A DNA stretch of 64,000 nt from Octopus sinensis (Eukaryota). The notes under the pieces were generated by a model that saw only the letters and a list, made by a program, of their open reading frames with translations, was not told the origin of the DNA and searched no databases. Position 1 is the stretch's first letter; every line of letters starts with the position of its first letter. The DNA lies in NCBI RefSeq assembly GCF_006345805.1, contig NC_043000.1, forward strand, positions 119,412,001 to 119,476,000, written 5' to 3'. Positions 37,358 through 53,004 of this stretch are shown one piece after another. Both the position numbers and the translations under genes were made by a program.

Positions 37358-37706
37358 CTAGCAGTATCGCCCGGCATTGCTCGGGTTTGTTTCGACCCTT
37401 TAGAATTGGAATTTTTGAAAAGTAAAAATTTTGCATTACGTAGCTTGTTACTCTCTTTAAGTAAACATTTTTCTGGTTGAAATACACCGAAAAATGACGA
37501 CACAGCAGTCAAAAAATCGTAAAAAATAGGGATTTTCATAGAAAAAAGCACCTTTTTGATGAAAATAATTTTTGGTGTTCACATGGTCTTCTATCATACT
37601 CTCAATTTTGGTCAACTTGCGCTTCAGGGTCTCGGAGGAGATAGTGTTAGTTGAAGGCTACCAAACCTGCCATACACAGACAACTTCAGCTTTATATAGA
37701 GAGAGA
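37358..37706 (-). mobile_element. Non-autonomous Helitron (related family)
   Basis: Same terminal CTAG/hairpin and TC end, different body. Confidence 0.8.
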
Positions 37707-38858
37707 TAAAGTAAGTTATGGAAGTACATTATTTCAATTTCATCTTCTTTCAGACCAGTTGTACGGTCGTTTATGTTTTGGCCGAGAGAAAAGCCAAGCA
37801 GGATGTAAAAGTCGTATTTCTGGCTGTAATATTTTATATAAACCATGATTGGACACCAGAGTGGCGCATCAACGCTATGGTTTTATAGTCAGCCACTCGT
37901 TGCAAATAGTTGATAGGCAGATGAAAGTTTACTGTTCCTTTCATTTTTCTAGGAAAATTTTCATTTAGATGATTAAAAAAAACTGCTTCTTAACACATAA
38001 AGCGCGACGAGCCACGATCGTAGCCGCCAGGCACAGGTCGATAGTCCACGATTGTGGCCCAGATAGATGCATCTAATTTATGAGCGTTTGATGGGGTCTA
38101 ATGTCACTCAAACACTCTGATACCCCCAGAATGCAAGAGAACTAATAGTTCAACTAATGACTTTTCAGATAATGTAAAAATTTGTCACCATTATATACTA
38201 AGAAGATATCTTAACTAATTTTTGTTTTTTATGTGTGCATGGTTGTCTCATTTTTATAAAATGTGCTCAGCAGTCCATACTATGTAAGGGCAAACTCCAG
38301 CACTTTTATGGGTTAAAGGTAACACAGTCGTTAAATAAAATAAGACATTTATCAGGTGTAGGTTTTGTATGCAGAGGAAGGAGGTATAATGAAATGATGT
38401 GATCTTCCTACATAACTGCCAACGTACTGTAAGCAATTTTTCGTGAGTTTGTGCTAATAGAGAGGGACATTCCGGCTTATTTTCAATATTTTACTATTAG
38501 TAAAATGTTGTACCAAGCAGACTTTATCCTACAAGACTCGGTCTTCTATCTGTAATACTACCGCATTAGATGCATGGTGATTTTTTTTTTTATATATTCT
38601 TTTATTCTTTTACTTATTTCAGTCATTTCACTGCAGCCATGCTGGAGCACCGCCTTTAGTCGAACACATCGAACCCAGGACTTATTCTCTGTAAGCCTAA
38701 TACTTATTCTATCGGTCTCTTTTGCTGAACCGCTAAGTTACGGGGACGTAAACACACCAACATCGGTTGTCAAGCGATGGTGGGGGAACAAACACAGACA
38801 CACAAGCATACACACACACGCACACACACATACATACATACATACATACATACATACA

Positions 38859-38892
<34 letters not shown>

Positions 38893-38893
38893 C

Positions 38894-38937
<44 letters not shown>

Positions 38938-38963
38938 TATATATAATATATATATATATATAT

Positions 38964-40170
<1,207 letters not shown>

Positions 40171-42030
40171 TACATACATATATACGACGGGCGTCTTTCA
40201 GTTTCCGTCTACCAAATCCACTCACAAGGCTTTGGTCGGCCCGAGGCTATAGTAGAAGACACTCGCGTAAGGTGTGACACAGTGAGACTGAACCTGGAAC
40301 CATGTGGTTGGTAAGCAAGCTACTTACCACACAGCTACTCCTGCGCCTATATCTAATTTTTTTTTTAAAGAGCGCATCTTATACACTGGCAAAAACAGTA
40401 GGTTGTTCATAATCTTGACAGCTTTGAATGAGACGAAAGTTATCATTCGACAGAGAATTGATAAGTAAGTCTAATTTATGGGTGACACTGAGACAATTGC
40501 TGTAGCGACTCAAGCACGAAGTTCAATTTCATAGATTTTTAAACCACGAAGTTTTTTTGACTACACGTTTTAGAGAAGAAAGAAAAAAACTAGACAAAAC
40601 GTAGTTTTGAATAACTTAATCCTTCAGCCCTCAGCCTTCACATTACTCAATCAAATGAAATGCTTATTTATTCACATTGTTTTGAATTAATCAGGCGTCA
40701 TTTCAATGGCATCGAGATTTCGATGAGTAACAAGTTTATTTTTGGAATGATCTTGTACGGTAGTAGTTGTGAAACGCTGGGTCTGGCCAGCTTGAACATA
40801 TAACGGGTCGCATATTTGAGCCTGTTATGACTGGCTTAAATGCTGAATAGTTAATGATGTCCCGCAGTCGGATTGAAAGGCTGGAAAACTGTGAATTGTC
40901 ATGAACTGACATTTGATTTCCGGTTTGAGTTCTCCGAGCAGATTCTAATTGTTTGGTAAATTGTTGTGAAAAGAATACGAGAAGCAAATATATTTTGTTG
41001 GTTGACATTTATAACCTAATAACCATCAACAGAGCTTTATTCATAAACTAGTAACTGTCTGAAAACAAAACAGAATAATAATATAAACAAAAGCGGATAA
41101 CAACAACAACGAGATCGTCAATAACAACAGCAACAACAAATAAAACAAACAACCGGCACATGGTCTGAAATTTATTTGGGAGTAGGGGACAATCAATTAC
41201 AGCGACTTCAGTGCGTAACTGGTACTTATTTTATCGTCCCCCAAAATGATGAAAGGCAGAATTTGAACGCAGAACGTAAAGACAGACCAGATGCTACAAA
41301 GCACTTACTTTGTCCGGCGTGCTAACGACTCTGCCAGCTCGCCGCCCTTATAATGATGATGATGATGATTTTAAATTTTGGCCCAAGGCCAGCAATTTTG
41401 GGCAGGGGATAGTTGATTATATTGATCTCAGAATTCAGCTGGTACTTATTTTATCAACCCGGAAAGGATGAAAAGCAAAGTTGAGATCACCGGGATTTGA
41501 ACTCAGAACGTAAAGACGGGACGAAATGCCGCTAAGCATTTTACCTGCTGTGCTAACGATTCTGCTCAGAAAAGGCTTGGCCGAAATTTTGTTGGAGGGG
41601 TCCAGTCGATTACATCGCTCCCAGTACTCAAACGGAATTTATTTTATCAAAGGACTGCAACGACATTTAGAATAGTACAAGGACAAAAAAAAAACCCCAA
41701 AAACAAAAAAAAAAGCAGCAACAAAAACAGCAGGAATTTACATTAACAATAAAACCCAAATAACAAAAGAATTATAATAGTGAAATTCTCCCAAAGGGGA
41801 AAACACCCTTTGATGGCAAGAAACCTCATATATCCCGAGTAACCCTTATCACCAATAGCAAGTGGTCCTCTCTCCTCCATGCTCTTCAGCCTACAGGTAC
41901 GTGCTTCGAATAGGCCTTTTCACCCATCTTTTACAAATTCATTGGGGGACAGTGCTTCTACTTCTTTATTAGAACTTGAAAAGTCGACGAGAGCTTGGCC
42001 GAAGAGGAAAGTGTCTGTCTTTAGTTGGTG

Positions 42031-42105
<75 letters not shown>

Positions 42106-42474
42106 TGCGGCCATGCACTGAAACAGCGCGTCGCTCTATCTGCCATTTGTTAGTGGTTCCCTACTCATATCGGAGTGGAGGCACATGACCTAGTGGTTAG
42201 AGCAGCGGACTCGTGGTCGAGGGATCACTGGTTCGAATCTGATACGGTTGTACATAGGGTAAATGTGTTTGAAAGATGTGGTTTCTTTGGTTTGTTTGTT
42301 TCCAAACAACATTTATTTTAGTGATGTTGACACCGCCAGATTGAATGGTACTGCTCAGGTGTCGAAACCATAATGATATCCGTGCGGCAGCTGATGACGG
42401 AGGGATGTGAGATTGTTGGTTTGGCTGTTTTTGTATTTGTGGAATAGTAGGAATAGCATTATAACACATCCTTT

Positions 42475-42512
<38 letters not shown>

Positions 42513-42522
42513 TATATAATAT

Positions 42523-42570
<48 letters not shown>

Positions 42571-43216
42571 CATACATATACAACACAAATAAAGGAATAA
42601 TATATATACAATAGATGTTGTATGTATGCGAAGGCGTATGGCTCAGTTGGTTAGAGTGTCGGGCTCAGAGTAGTGAGTTCGATTCCTGTTGTGGGGTAAC
42701 GGTCGGTCCCATTGTTTCCCTATTAGCGACACCACTGGTTCCACATGAGAAGTTAAGTCAATATGACATGCTTCAATGCACTAAAACCTTTTATTCATCT
42801 TGAATAGACGCTGTTGGTTTGGTATTCCGGGTGCGTCTAATATGCCCGTGCCCTTTTTATGCTTTCAGATAAGGAAGCAAGCTGAATTCACGTCAAAAAG
42901 AAAAAAAAGGAAAAAAGAAAAGAAAAGAAAAAAGAGAAAAGGTAAAAACTAGTTCGAAATGTCACAGTAGAGAATGTAATCCTGTTGAGAAGGTTATGAA
43001 TAAAACCTTTTGATCATTGGTCTGTTTGGTCAAACTTGACTCGAAGTTAAGCAACAATAGCATATAGGTTCCCAGGCACTTACTGCCAAATCTACTTAAC
43101 TGGAAGATTTATTCAAGACATCGGTGTGTGTGTGTATGTATGTATGTATGTATGTATGTACGTACGCACGCACGCGCACGTACACACACACACACACGCC
43201 ACACCAAGCATATATA

Positions 43217-43452
43217 TAGGGTGTTCAAAAAGTCTCTCCTCAGTGAAATTTTTTAATCTTGCGCATCACCAAGGCGCTACTTCAAGAGTTTTTGGTGAAC
43301 GGATTATTTCGAAGGGACTTTGGCCACCAAGATCACCTGATTTAACACCGTCAGACAATATTTTTTCCTGGAGAGCAAATAAAGGATCAGTGTACAAGAA
43401 TCGCCTGAAAACCGTTAAAAACTTACTGCAGAGAGACTTTTTGAACACCCTG
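43217..43452 (+). mobile_element. Non-autonomous Tc1/mariner element (maT/DD37D-like remnant)
   Basis: 21-bp TIRs (c/t)AGGGTGTTCAAAAAGTCTCT, TA flanks, internal IISKGLWPPRSPDLTPSD. Confidence 0.85.
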
Positions 43453-43530
43453 TACATTGTCAATGTATTATATATCCGAAAAAAAAGCACACTCCAAAGT
43501 ATATATATATATTGCAAATACACACACACA

Positions 43531-43578
<48 letters not shown>

Positions 43579-43838
43579 TCAATTAGAGGTTAAAATAGCC
43601 TCATTAAGGGATAGTAATAGCTAATGAATTACTGCTTCATTACCTAATTTTTTTGTGAATAATAATATTCATAAAATTATAGGTCTACATATAAATCTTG
43701 GTATATACCAGCAGTCGCCTAACTTTTTCCACCACCGACTCCCTTTACCAACCTCTCCTTCCACATCGACCCCCTTTAGACACTTCTGCGTCAACCATCC
43801 TCGTCATTTAAAATATCTTAATACCTTACCCTACCGTA

Positions 43839-44100
43839 AAAATAATAAATAAATGCGCCTTTTTAAAGCCTAGCTAGGCTCATGGGCCCGATTTCCTGGT
43901 TTCTATGGCGTATGTGTTCCCCAGCTGGACGGGACGCCAGTCCATCACAGCGTTACTCATTTTTGCCAGCTGAGTGGACTGGAGCAACGTGAAATGAAGT
44001 GTCTTGCTCAAGAACACAACGCGCCGCCCGATCCAGGAACCGAAACCACAATCTTACGATCATGATGCTGACATCCTAACCACTAAGCCACACGCCTCCA
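43839..44100 (-). mobile_element. MIR-like CORE SINE
   Basis: tRNA head, TTGAGCAAGACACTT core, GATGGACTGGCGTCCCGTCCAG tail; 14-bp TSD CTTACCCTACCGTA. A related head/core with a family-D tail lies at ~32762-33030 (-). Confidence 0.82.
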
Positions 44101-44701
44101 CTTACCCTACCGTACCATATTTTAAATGCGTACCGGGTACTGATGCTGGCAATTAAAATGTTAGCTAAATTATACATGTACGACAAATTAAGAAATTCTA
44201 ATGAAGATGACACACTTTTTACATTTAAAACGTACGAGTATACAGTATTAAACTTACAATTTTTATGAAATTGTTTTCATGGTTAGAAAATGTGAAAAAC
44301 GCATCATATTGCAGGAATGTCTTTTATTGAAATTGGCAACATCGATGTGAGGTATGAGTATGGTGATCCTGAATCGAGGCATTGATACCAGGTTGAATGT
44401 TAAACAGTTTCAGTCTCGGATCTTTACCTTTTGACCGACAGATTTTTAAAATAATTTTTTGTAAGTAAACACTTTCGAACTTCGGACACTGGTATAATGT
44501 GTCATATAAAACATCTTTTAATCTTAGCGTTTTTGAGAAAAGCTTATATTTAGGAAGTTATTTCAACGTTAAAGTTGTAGTATTTCGGTAATTTCAACCA
44601 ATCAATGACGTGTACTCAGTTGAATAAAATTACTGCTGTTGTTTGTCAACAAGAACTTCTGGCGGTGTATATTTCGTTTGTCACAGTAAAACATACACGC
44701 C

Positions 44702-44780
<79 letters not shown>

Positions 44781-45044
44781 TCATATATACAGGCATATAC
44801 ATATATATTCAAACAAGAAATTCTTTACATGTGTATCTAACATGTAAAACTTTGTAATTTCTATTAACAAATGAAATACGTGCAATGGCGAATGAATAAT
44901 ACAAAAAAAAAAAAAAAAAGATACTTTCCAATTTCTTGTTTTGTTACACAATAACTCTGCAAATAATATTTCCTTAATTCTCAATTTTAATTTGTATTTT
45001 GAACTGACACACAACAGCAACTGAGACTACATATTGGATTGTAA

Positions 45045-45416
45045 TCTCTCTATATATAAACGGCAGTTTGTCTGTGTGTGTTTCTGTGTGTCTGTTAGGT
45101 TGTACCCTCACCCTGACCACGGCTTTCAACCGATTTTGATGAAACTTGACACACACATAGCCCAATGTCATAATTCAAAACTAACGCAGCGAAAATTTTG
45201 AAAAGTTCCCCCAGTTCTGAAAAAAATCGATAAATTCGACATGGGGTCGAGAATCAGAAACACAAACCACAGACTGTCATGGGGACGCAACTCGACCTTT
45301 TTAACTCTCAAAAAAATTTACCATCATTTTTTTTCCATTTTTTGACTATAACTCTCTAAAAATGCTTTATAGTTATTTCCCTTACAAACCCGAGCAACGC
45401 CGGGTGATACTGCTAG
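45045..45416 (+). mobile_element. Non-autonomous Helitron (same family as 1267-1652)
   Basis: A|TC...CCCGAGCAACGCCGGG...CTAG|T. Confidence 0.85.
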
Positions 45417-45845
45417 TAATAGAATAAGCTGACGTGCTTCAATAGGAAACAGGTAAGATTTTCCCTAACTACCTACATAATACAGATCAGCTTATTCTCA
45501 TAAATCTGTTGCTACAAAAAGCAAGAACAATAGGCCGAGGACGTGTAGGAAAATGCGGATTCCATTTCGAATACTGACTCAGAAATTTTGTAGCTATCTG
45601 CCTCCCAACCACATGGTTCCAGGTTCAGTCCCTTCTACGTGGTACCTAGGGCAAAGCTTTGTGAGTAGATTTGGTAAACGGAAACTGAAAGAAGCTGTTG
45701 AAAATACTAGGGTCGATTCTTTGTTCAAGTGTTCAAAGGCGGTCTAATGACTTTAACAAGTAAAAGAATAAAACAAAAAAGAGAATATAGACACACACAC
45801 ACACACACACACTCACACAAATACATGCGTATAATGTTTGTATGT

Positions 45846-46230
45846 GTAGGCGCAATGGCCCAGTGGTTAGGGCAGCGAACTCGCGGTCATAGGATCGCGG
45901 TTTCGATTCCCAGACCGGGCGTTGTGAGTGTTTATTGAGCGAAAACACCTAAAGCTCCACGAGACTCCGGCAGGGGATGGTGGTGATCCCTGCTGTACTC
46001 TTTCACCACAACTTTCTCTCACTCTTACTTCCTGTTTCTGTTGTACCTGTATTTCAAAGGGCCGGCCTTGTCACTCTCTGTGTCACGCTGAATATCCCCG
46101 AAAACTACGTTAAGGGTACACGTGTCTGTGGAATGCTCAGCCACTTACACGTTAATTTCACGAGCAGGCTGTTCCGTTGATTCGGATCAACCGGAACCCT
46201 CATCGTCGTAACCGACGGAGTGCTTCCCAG
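45846..46230 (+). mobile_element. SINE family D, full length
   Basis: Near-identical to 29926-30315; 13-bp TSD AATGTTTGTATGT. Confidence 0.92.
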
Positions 46231-46429
46231 AATGTTTGTATGTATAATATGAATGCGTTTTCCTATATGTAGTTATGCAGGTATGTGTCGAGTGTGTGTG
46301 TGTGTGTGTGTGTGTGTCATTGTTCCACGCTTGTGTCTAATGACCAGCAAGCGTTAACAAGTGGTAGTTAGCATAACAATAACATGAACAGCAGTTGAAA
46401 AAGCAACACAACTAAATCCCTCCCCCCAT

Positions 46430-46465
<36 letters not shown>

Positions 46466-46715
46466 CACTACTACCACCACCACCACCACTACTACTACTA
46501 CCACCACCACCACTACTACTACTACTACCACCACTACCACCACTACTACTACTACCACTACTACTACAACTACCACTACTACTACCACCACCACCACTAC
46601 TACTACCACCACCACTACTACTACCACCACCACTACCACCACCACCACTACTACTACTACTACTACCACTACTACTACTACTACCACCACCACCACCACT
46701 ACTACTACTACTACA

Positions 46716-46795
<80 letters not shown>
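46430..46795. repeat. Compound (ACT)n/(ACC)n trinucleotide array, ~365 bp
   Basis: Direct inspection. Confidence 0.97.
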
Positions 46796-47029
46796 GGATC
46801 TTTTCATTTTCGAAGCCAATTTTTTGAAAATGAAAAGATCCATATACGTCTTCTAAGAGTTATACGTTCTTGTCCATGTTGTATTTTTCTACATACCTTA
46901 ATATATATATATATATATATATCGTGGCACTCCGTCGGTTACATCCAAGTAGCTGAGCTCGGGTAGATTCGGCGTGACACAGACTGTGACACATCTAGCC
47001 CTTTGTAGGATGCTGAACGAAACACCCAT

Positions 47030-47303
47030 GAGAGATGCACATATCGTCAGCCACTAAGGGACATGCTCAACTGGTTAAGGTCAAACAACTGACAAGCAAA
47101 TTTGTGACATTGAGAAGAATATTTGCTGAAGACCATCTTTTATGTGAAGGCAAAATAATTTACATGATAACACTTCCAATCAGTTAAGATCAGAGGTCAT
47201 GATGAAGCCACTGCCTGGTACTACATCGGGGCACTTATCATCGTCGTCGTCGTCGTCGTCGTCGTAGTAGTAGTAGTAGTAGTATTGGTAGTATATATAT
47301 ATC

Positions 47304-47364
<61 letters not shown>

Positions 47365-47630
47365 GAGTGAGAGAGCGAGCAGTGCATGCCATCAAAGTGA
47401 CACTGGGGTGAAATTTACGAAGCCCAGTATACCCATCATGACTACCTGTCTGATAAGGGTACACAAGGCACATGCATCACAACCATCTGTGTGCGACATG
47501 GTGATCTAATGTCAAGATAAACAGCACATGACCTTGCAGGTGGGGCCCAGTTAGAATTTTCTTCTGGTCGAGTAACCCATCCCGCTCAAAAGGTCCCCGA
47601 ATAAGGGTTGTTTAAGGATGTTGAATGAAG
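47030..47630 (-). mobile_element. Two minus-strand fragments of family C
   Basis: 5' part at ~47030-47235 and 3' part at ~47365-47630; a further degenerate copy at ~24470-24850 is interrupted by SINE A. Confidence 0.85.
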
Positions 47631-47639
47631 TTGTTATTA

Positions 47640-47683
<44 letters not shown>

Positions 47684-47692
47684 TTATTATTA

Positions 47693-47761
<69 letters not shown>

Positions 47762-47765
<4 letters not shown>

Positions 47766-47935
47766 TAGTTTTTATTTTTATAGCGTGCTTTCACTTCACT
47801 ACCGAGCGCAGCTCTGTGTGCTTTGGGTATGTGCTGTGATTTGTTGTGATGCTCAGATGGTTATTGTATGGAAAGTGTTCTGCGTAGGATGTGTGCAGTG
47901 CCTAGTAGTGCAATTTTCTGTATGTTATATGTGTT
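47762..47935 (-). mobile_element. Second R4/Dong-family 3' end
   Basis: Minus strand reads QKIALLGTAHILRRTLSI, then a 3' UTR ending in (AAT)n. Confidence 0.8.
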
Positions 47936-47980
47936 TGTAAGTCCTGCTGTTTTTGTTATGTATTTGTCTGAATATTTTTA

Positions 47981-48023
<43 letters not shown>

Positions 48024-48274
48024 GTTTTTTCCTTCTTTCTTCAAATTTCCATCCGTTTCTCGCCGGGTATTTTCCGTACACCTAGAGCAGAGAAGCTCAT
48101 TGTATGCATTCCCAGATTACACGCGCAAATTCACAGATAAAATATGTATTTAAAAATTAATAAATAAATTCATGGATGTTGTTTTCACAGCGATAATGCT
48201 TTTCACAGTACATGAGCCGTTCCAGTTATTATTATTATTATTATTATTAATATCATTATTATTATTATCATTAA

Positions 48275-48328
<54 letters not shown>

Positions 48329-48337
48329 CATTATTAT

Positions 48338-48375
<38 letters not shown>

Positions 48376-48506
48376 TATACACAGTATACAATGGTGGTCA
48401 CTCCCGTTGATCTCGACGGTTGAGTGTTTCAAGGAAAGTATTTTAAAGAAAAAAAGATTAACAATGAAAAACAACAACAACAACAACAACAATAATAATA
48501 ATAATA

Positions 48507-48613
48507 CCTGGTGTATTATCATACGGGTAGTCATGATGGCTATACTAGGTTTCGTATATCTTACCCTAGTGTCACTTTGATGGCATGCACTGCTCTCTCA
48601 CTCAATCATAATA

Positions 48614-48670
<57 letters not shown>

Positions 48671-48800
48671 TAATAATAATAATAATACCTGGTGTACCCT
48701 TATCAGATGGGTAGTCATGATGGGTATACTGGACTTCGTATATCTTACCCCAGTATCACTTTGATAGCATGCACTGCTCTCTCACTCAATAATAATAATG

Positions 48801-48861
<61 letters not shown>

Positions 48862-49019
48862 TAATAATAATAATAATACCTGGGTACCTATCAGATGGGT
48901 AGTCATGATGGGTATACTGGACTTCGTATATCTTACCCCAGTGTCACTTTGATGGCATGCACTGCTCTCTCACTCAATAATAATAATGATAATAATAATA
49001 ATATAATAATAATAATAAT

Positions 49020-49114
<95 letters not shown>

Positions 49115-49934
49115 GGTGTTTCGTTCAACATCCTTAAAAACCCTTATTCAGGGACCTTTTGAGCGGGATGGGTTACTCGACCAGAAGAAAATTTTAACTG
49201 GGCCCCACCTACAAGGTCATGCGCTGTTTATCTTGATATGAGATCACCATGTCGCGCACATATGGTTGTGATGCATGTGCCTAATGTACCCTTATCAGAC
49301 GGGTAGTCATGATGGGCATACTGGGCTTCGTAAATTTCACTCCAGTGTCACTTTGACGGCATGCACTGCTCTTTCACTCAATGATGATGATTAATAATAA
49401 TAATAATAATAATAATACTAATAATCTTAACTGATTGGAAGTGTTATCATGTACATTGTTTTGTCTTGGTATAAAGATGGCTACAGCAAATATTTTGCTC
49501 AATACCACAGATTTGCTTGTCAGTTGTTTGACCTTACCAGTTGAGCATGTCCCTTAGTGGCTGACGATATGTGCATCTCTGACCACGAGCAGAGAGTAGT
49601 GGGGGAGCATCATAGCCATGTGTTTTGAGAGGGATTCTTTGGGGTTTGAATAGTTCACCTCTGGAAACATGGGTGCTTCATTCAACATCCTTAAACAACC
49701 CTTATTCAGGGACCGTTTGAGCGGGATGGGCTACTCAACCTGAAGAAAATTCTAACTGGGCCCCACCTGCAAGGTCATGTGCTGTTATCTTAATATGAGA
49801 TCACCATGTCGCGCACATATGGTTGTGATGCATGTTGCCTGTGTACCTTTATCAGACGGGAGTCATGATGGGTATATTGGGCTTCGTATATTTTACCCCA
49901 GTGTCACTTTGATGGCATGACTGCTTTCTCACTC

Positions 49935-49968
<34 letters not shown>

Positions 49969-50722
49969 TAATAATAATAATATAATAATAATAATAATAA
50001 TAATAATTCGTTCTTTATTGGCCACAGGGGCTAACCAAAATCAATTAAACATAAAGAGACAAAACACAGGACGAAGTTACAAAGTGTTTTGTCCGTTGAA
50101 AAATCCGCGTACAAAAGCAGATAATATAATAATAATAATAATAATAATAATTATAATAATAATAATAATAAAATGCCCTGATGCAGTACCAGGCAGTGGC
50201 TCTCATGGCTTCTGATCTTAACTGATTGGAAGTGTTATCATGTACATTGTTTTGTCTTGGTATAAATGGGCTACAGCAAATATTCTGCTCAATACCACAG
50301 ATTTGCTTGTCAGTTGTTTGACCTTAACCAGTTGAGCATGTCCCTTAGTGGCTGACGATATGTGCATCTCTGATCACGAGCAGAAGTAGTGGGGGAGCAT
50401 CATAGCCATGTGTTGAGAGGGATTCTTTGGGGTTTGAATAGTTCACCTCTGGAAACATGGGTGGTTCTTTCAACATCCTTAAGCAACCCTTATTCAGGGA
50501 CCGTTTGAGCGGGATGGGCTACTCAACCTGAAGAAAATTCTAACTGGGCCCCACCTGCAAGGTCATGTGCTGTTTATCTTGATATGAGATCACCATGTCG
50601 CGCACATATGGTTGTGATGCATGTACCTGGTGTACCTTTATCAGACGGGTAGTCATGATGGTATATTGGGCTTCGTATATTTCCCCAGTGTCACTTTGAT
50701 GGCATGAACTGCTCTCTCACTC

Positions 50723-50769
<47 letters not shown>

Positions 50770-51621
50770 CACGCAGTGGGACTGCGTGGCATCTTGGGCA
50801 AGTGTCTTCTGCTATAGCCCCGGCTCGACCAATGCCTTGTGAGTGGATTTGGTAGACGGAAACTGAAAGAAGCCTGTCGTATATATGTATGTGTGTGTTT
50901 GTGTGTCTGTGTTTGTCCCCCTAGCATTGCTTGACAACCGATGCTGGTGTGTTTACGTCCCCGTCACTTAGCGGTTCGGCAAAAAGAGACCGATAGAATA
51001 AGTACTGGGCTTACAAAGAATAAGTCCCGGGGTCGAGTTGCTCGATTAAAGGCGGTGCTCCAGCATGGCCGCAGTCAAATGACTGAAACAAGTAAAAGAG
51101 TAAAAGAGTAAATGATGATGATGATGATAATAATAATAATAATAATAATAATAATTGGTATAAAAGATGGGCTACAGCAAATATTCTGCTCAATACCACA
51201 GATTTGCTTGTCAGTTGTTTGACCTTAACCAGTTGAGCATGTCCCTTAGTGGCTGACGATATGTGCATCTCTGATCACGAGCAGAAGTAGTGGGGGAGCA
51301 TCATAGCCATGTGTTTGAGGATTCTTTGGGGTTTGAATAGTTCACCTCTGGAAACATGGGTGGTTCTTTCAACATCCTTAACAACCCTTATTCAGGGACC
51401 GTTTGAGCGGGATGGGCTACTCAACCTGAAAAATTCTAACTGGGCCCCACCTGCAAGGTCATGTGCTGTTTATCTTAATATGAGATCACCATGTCGCGCA
51501 CATATGGTTGTGATGCATGTGCCTGGTGTACCTTTATCAGACGGGTAGTCATGATGGGTATATTGGGCTTCGTATATTTTACCCCAGTGTCACTTTGATG
51601 GCATGAACTGCTCTCTCACTC
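48507..51621 (+). mobile_element. Cluster of 7 head-to-tail copies of a ~550-bp non-coding (AAT)n-associated retroposon (family C)
   Basis: Copies at ~48507-48603, 48687-48787, 48878-48975, 49112-49380, 49425-49933, 50172-50722 (longest) and 51157-51621; all share the 3' end at GCACTGCTCT(C/T)TCACTC-(AAT)n with variable 5' ends. Confidence 0.88.
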
Positions 51622-51659
<38 letters not shown>

Positions 51660-52476
51660 CAACAACATTAAAACCACGAAAGAAAAATGTAAATAAGCAA
51701 CACGACGACGATCGACATTTACTCTCCACCAAAAATAACCCAAAAAGCAATGCCCTCCCCCCTTCGACACACCTCACATCCAAACACAAGAGATACAAAA
51801 TAAAAACAACAATAGCCTTTTGTGAATACTTAATTCGCAAACTGCTGGTGTTGTTCCTGTTGCTGCTACTGCTGTTGTTGGTTTTTTTTTTTTTTGTATT
51901 TGCGGCTATTGTCACTTATTGCTATCGGTTTAATGGTCATTGTACCTGGTCTCGTAGTAATTAGATAAGTTATGCATTGCACATGGTTAGTGCTGGGCTG
52001 GGGGAGTTGTTAAGCGACAGAGAAGGAATATTAAATGACGTTGAAATGCACCGGTAGACTTTATAAAGGAAACTTTTTTTTACGCTGGGAGGACCTTTGG
52101 CTTACAAAATATCATGGATAGGTGAGTTTCGATTGTTTTAAAAAAGAAAAAAAATGTTTTATATTTATGTTCACGTCAATATGATTTTTTTTTGGTTTGT
52201 TCTTGTATATTTTCTTATACGTTTGCATACGAGTGAAAAAGTTTTCTACCTACCTACCTAAACACGTACATACACACATATCTGTTTGACGGTGTGTCTA
52301 TCTCTCTGTCTGTCTCTCTCTCTCTATCTATTTAATATCTATCTATTTGTCCGCCTGTCTGTCTTTCTGTCTGTCTATTTATCTCTCTCTATCTATTTAA
52401 TATCTATCTATTTGTCCGTCTGTCTGTCTGTCTGTCTTCTCTCTATCTATCTACTATCTATCTATCTATCTATCTA

Positions 52477-52532
<56 letters not shown>

Positions 52533-52947
52533 GATCTACCTATCTGACTGTCTTTTCTGTTTGTCTCTCTTTCTTCTCTCTCTCTCTCTCTTCATCTCTC
52601 CTCTCTCTCTCTCCTCTCTCTCTCTATATATATATATATATTATATATATATAATGATAAATCTCAGAGCGTGTTATAAACAGTAGCAGCAACACATCGT
52701 GACGTATATTTGCCATTTGAATATGGCTAACCCCTAAGGTGGAATGCTACTGTAGTTTGTAGCCCCAGGAGGACACCTCCTCCAGCTGGCTATATATATA
52801 TATATATCTATATATATATATTAATATATATCTGTCTGTCATTCTATCAACGGATGTCATGCTCATGTACTGTCCCAACCACGAAAGAGTGATTATATGT
52901 ATATGTATGTACGTATCTATTTATTAATCCTCATTTCTAAAACACAA

Positions 52948-53004
<57 letters not shown>

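Noticed and set aside
42175-42245. tRNA-like sequences at 42175-42245 and 42630-42700
   Set aside because: A/B boxes are present but the stems do not close; these are decayed SINE heads.
46412-46843. 143-aa poly-Val ORF and the many YI/CV/HT/LS/YVCM repeat ORFs
   Set aside because: Translations of microsatellites; no coding signal.
51905-51968. Short hydrophobic frame RLLSLIAIGLMVIVPGLVVIR
   Set aside because: No start codon or acceptor support; T-rich DNA readily gives hydrophobic translations.
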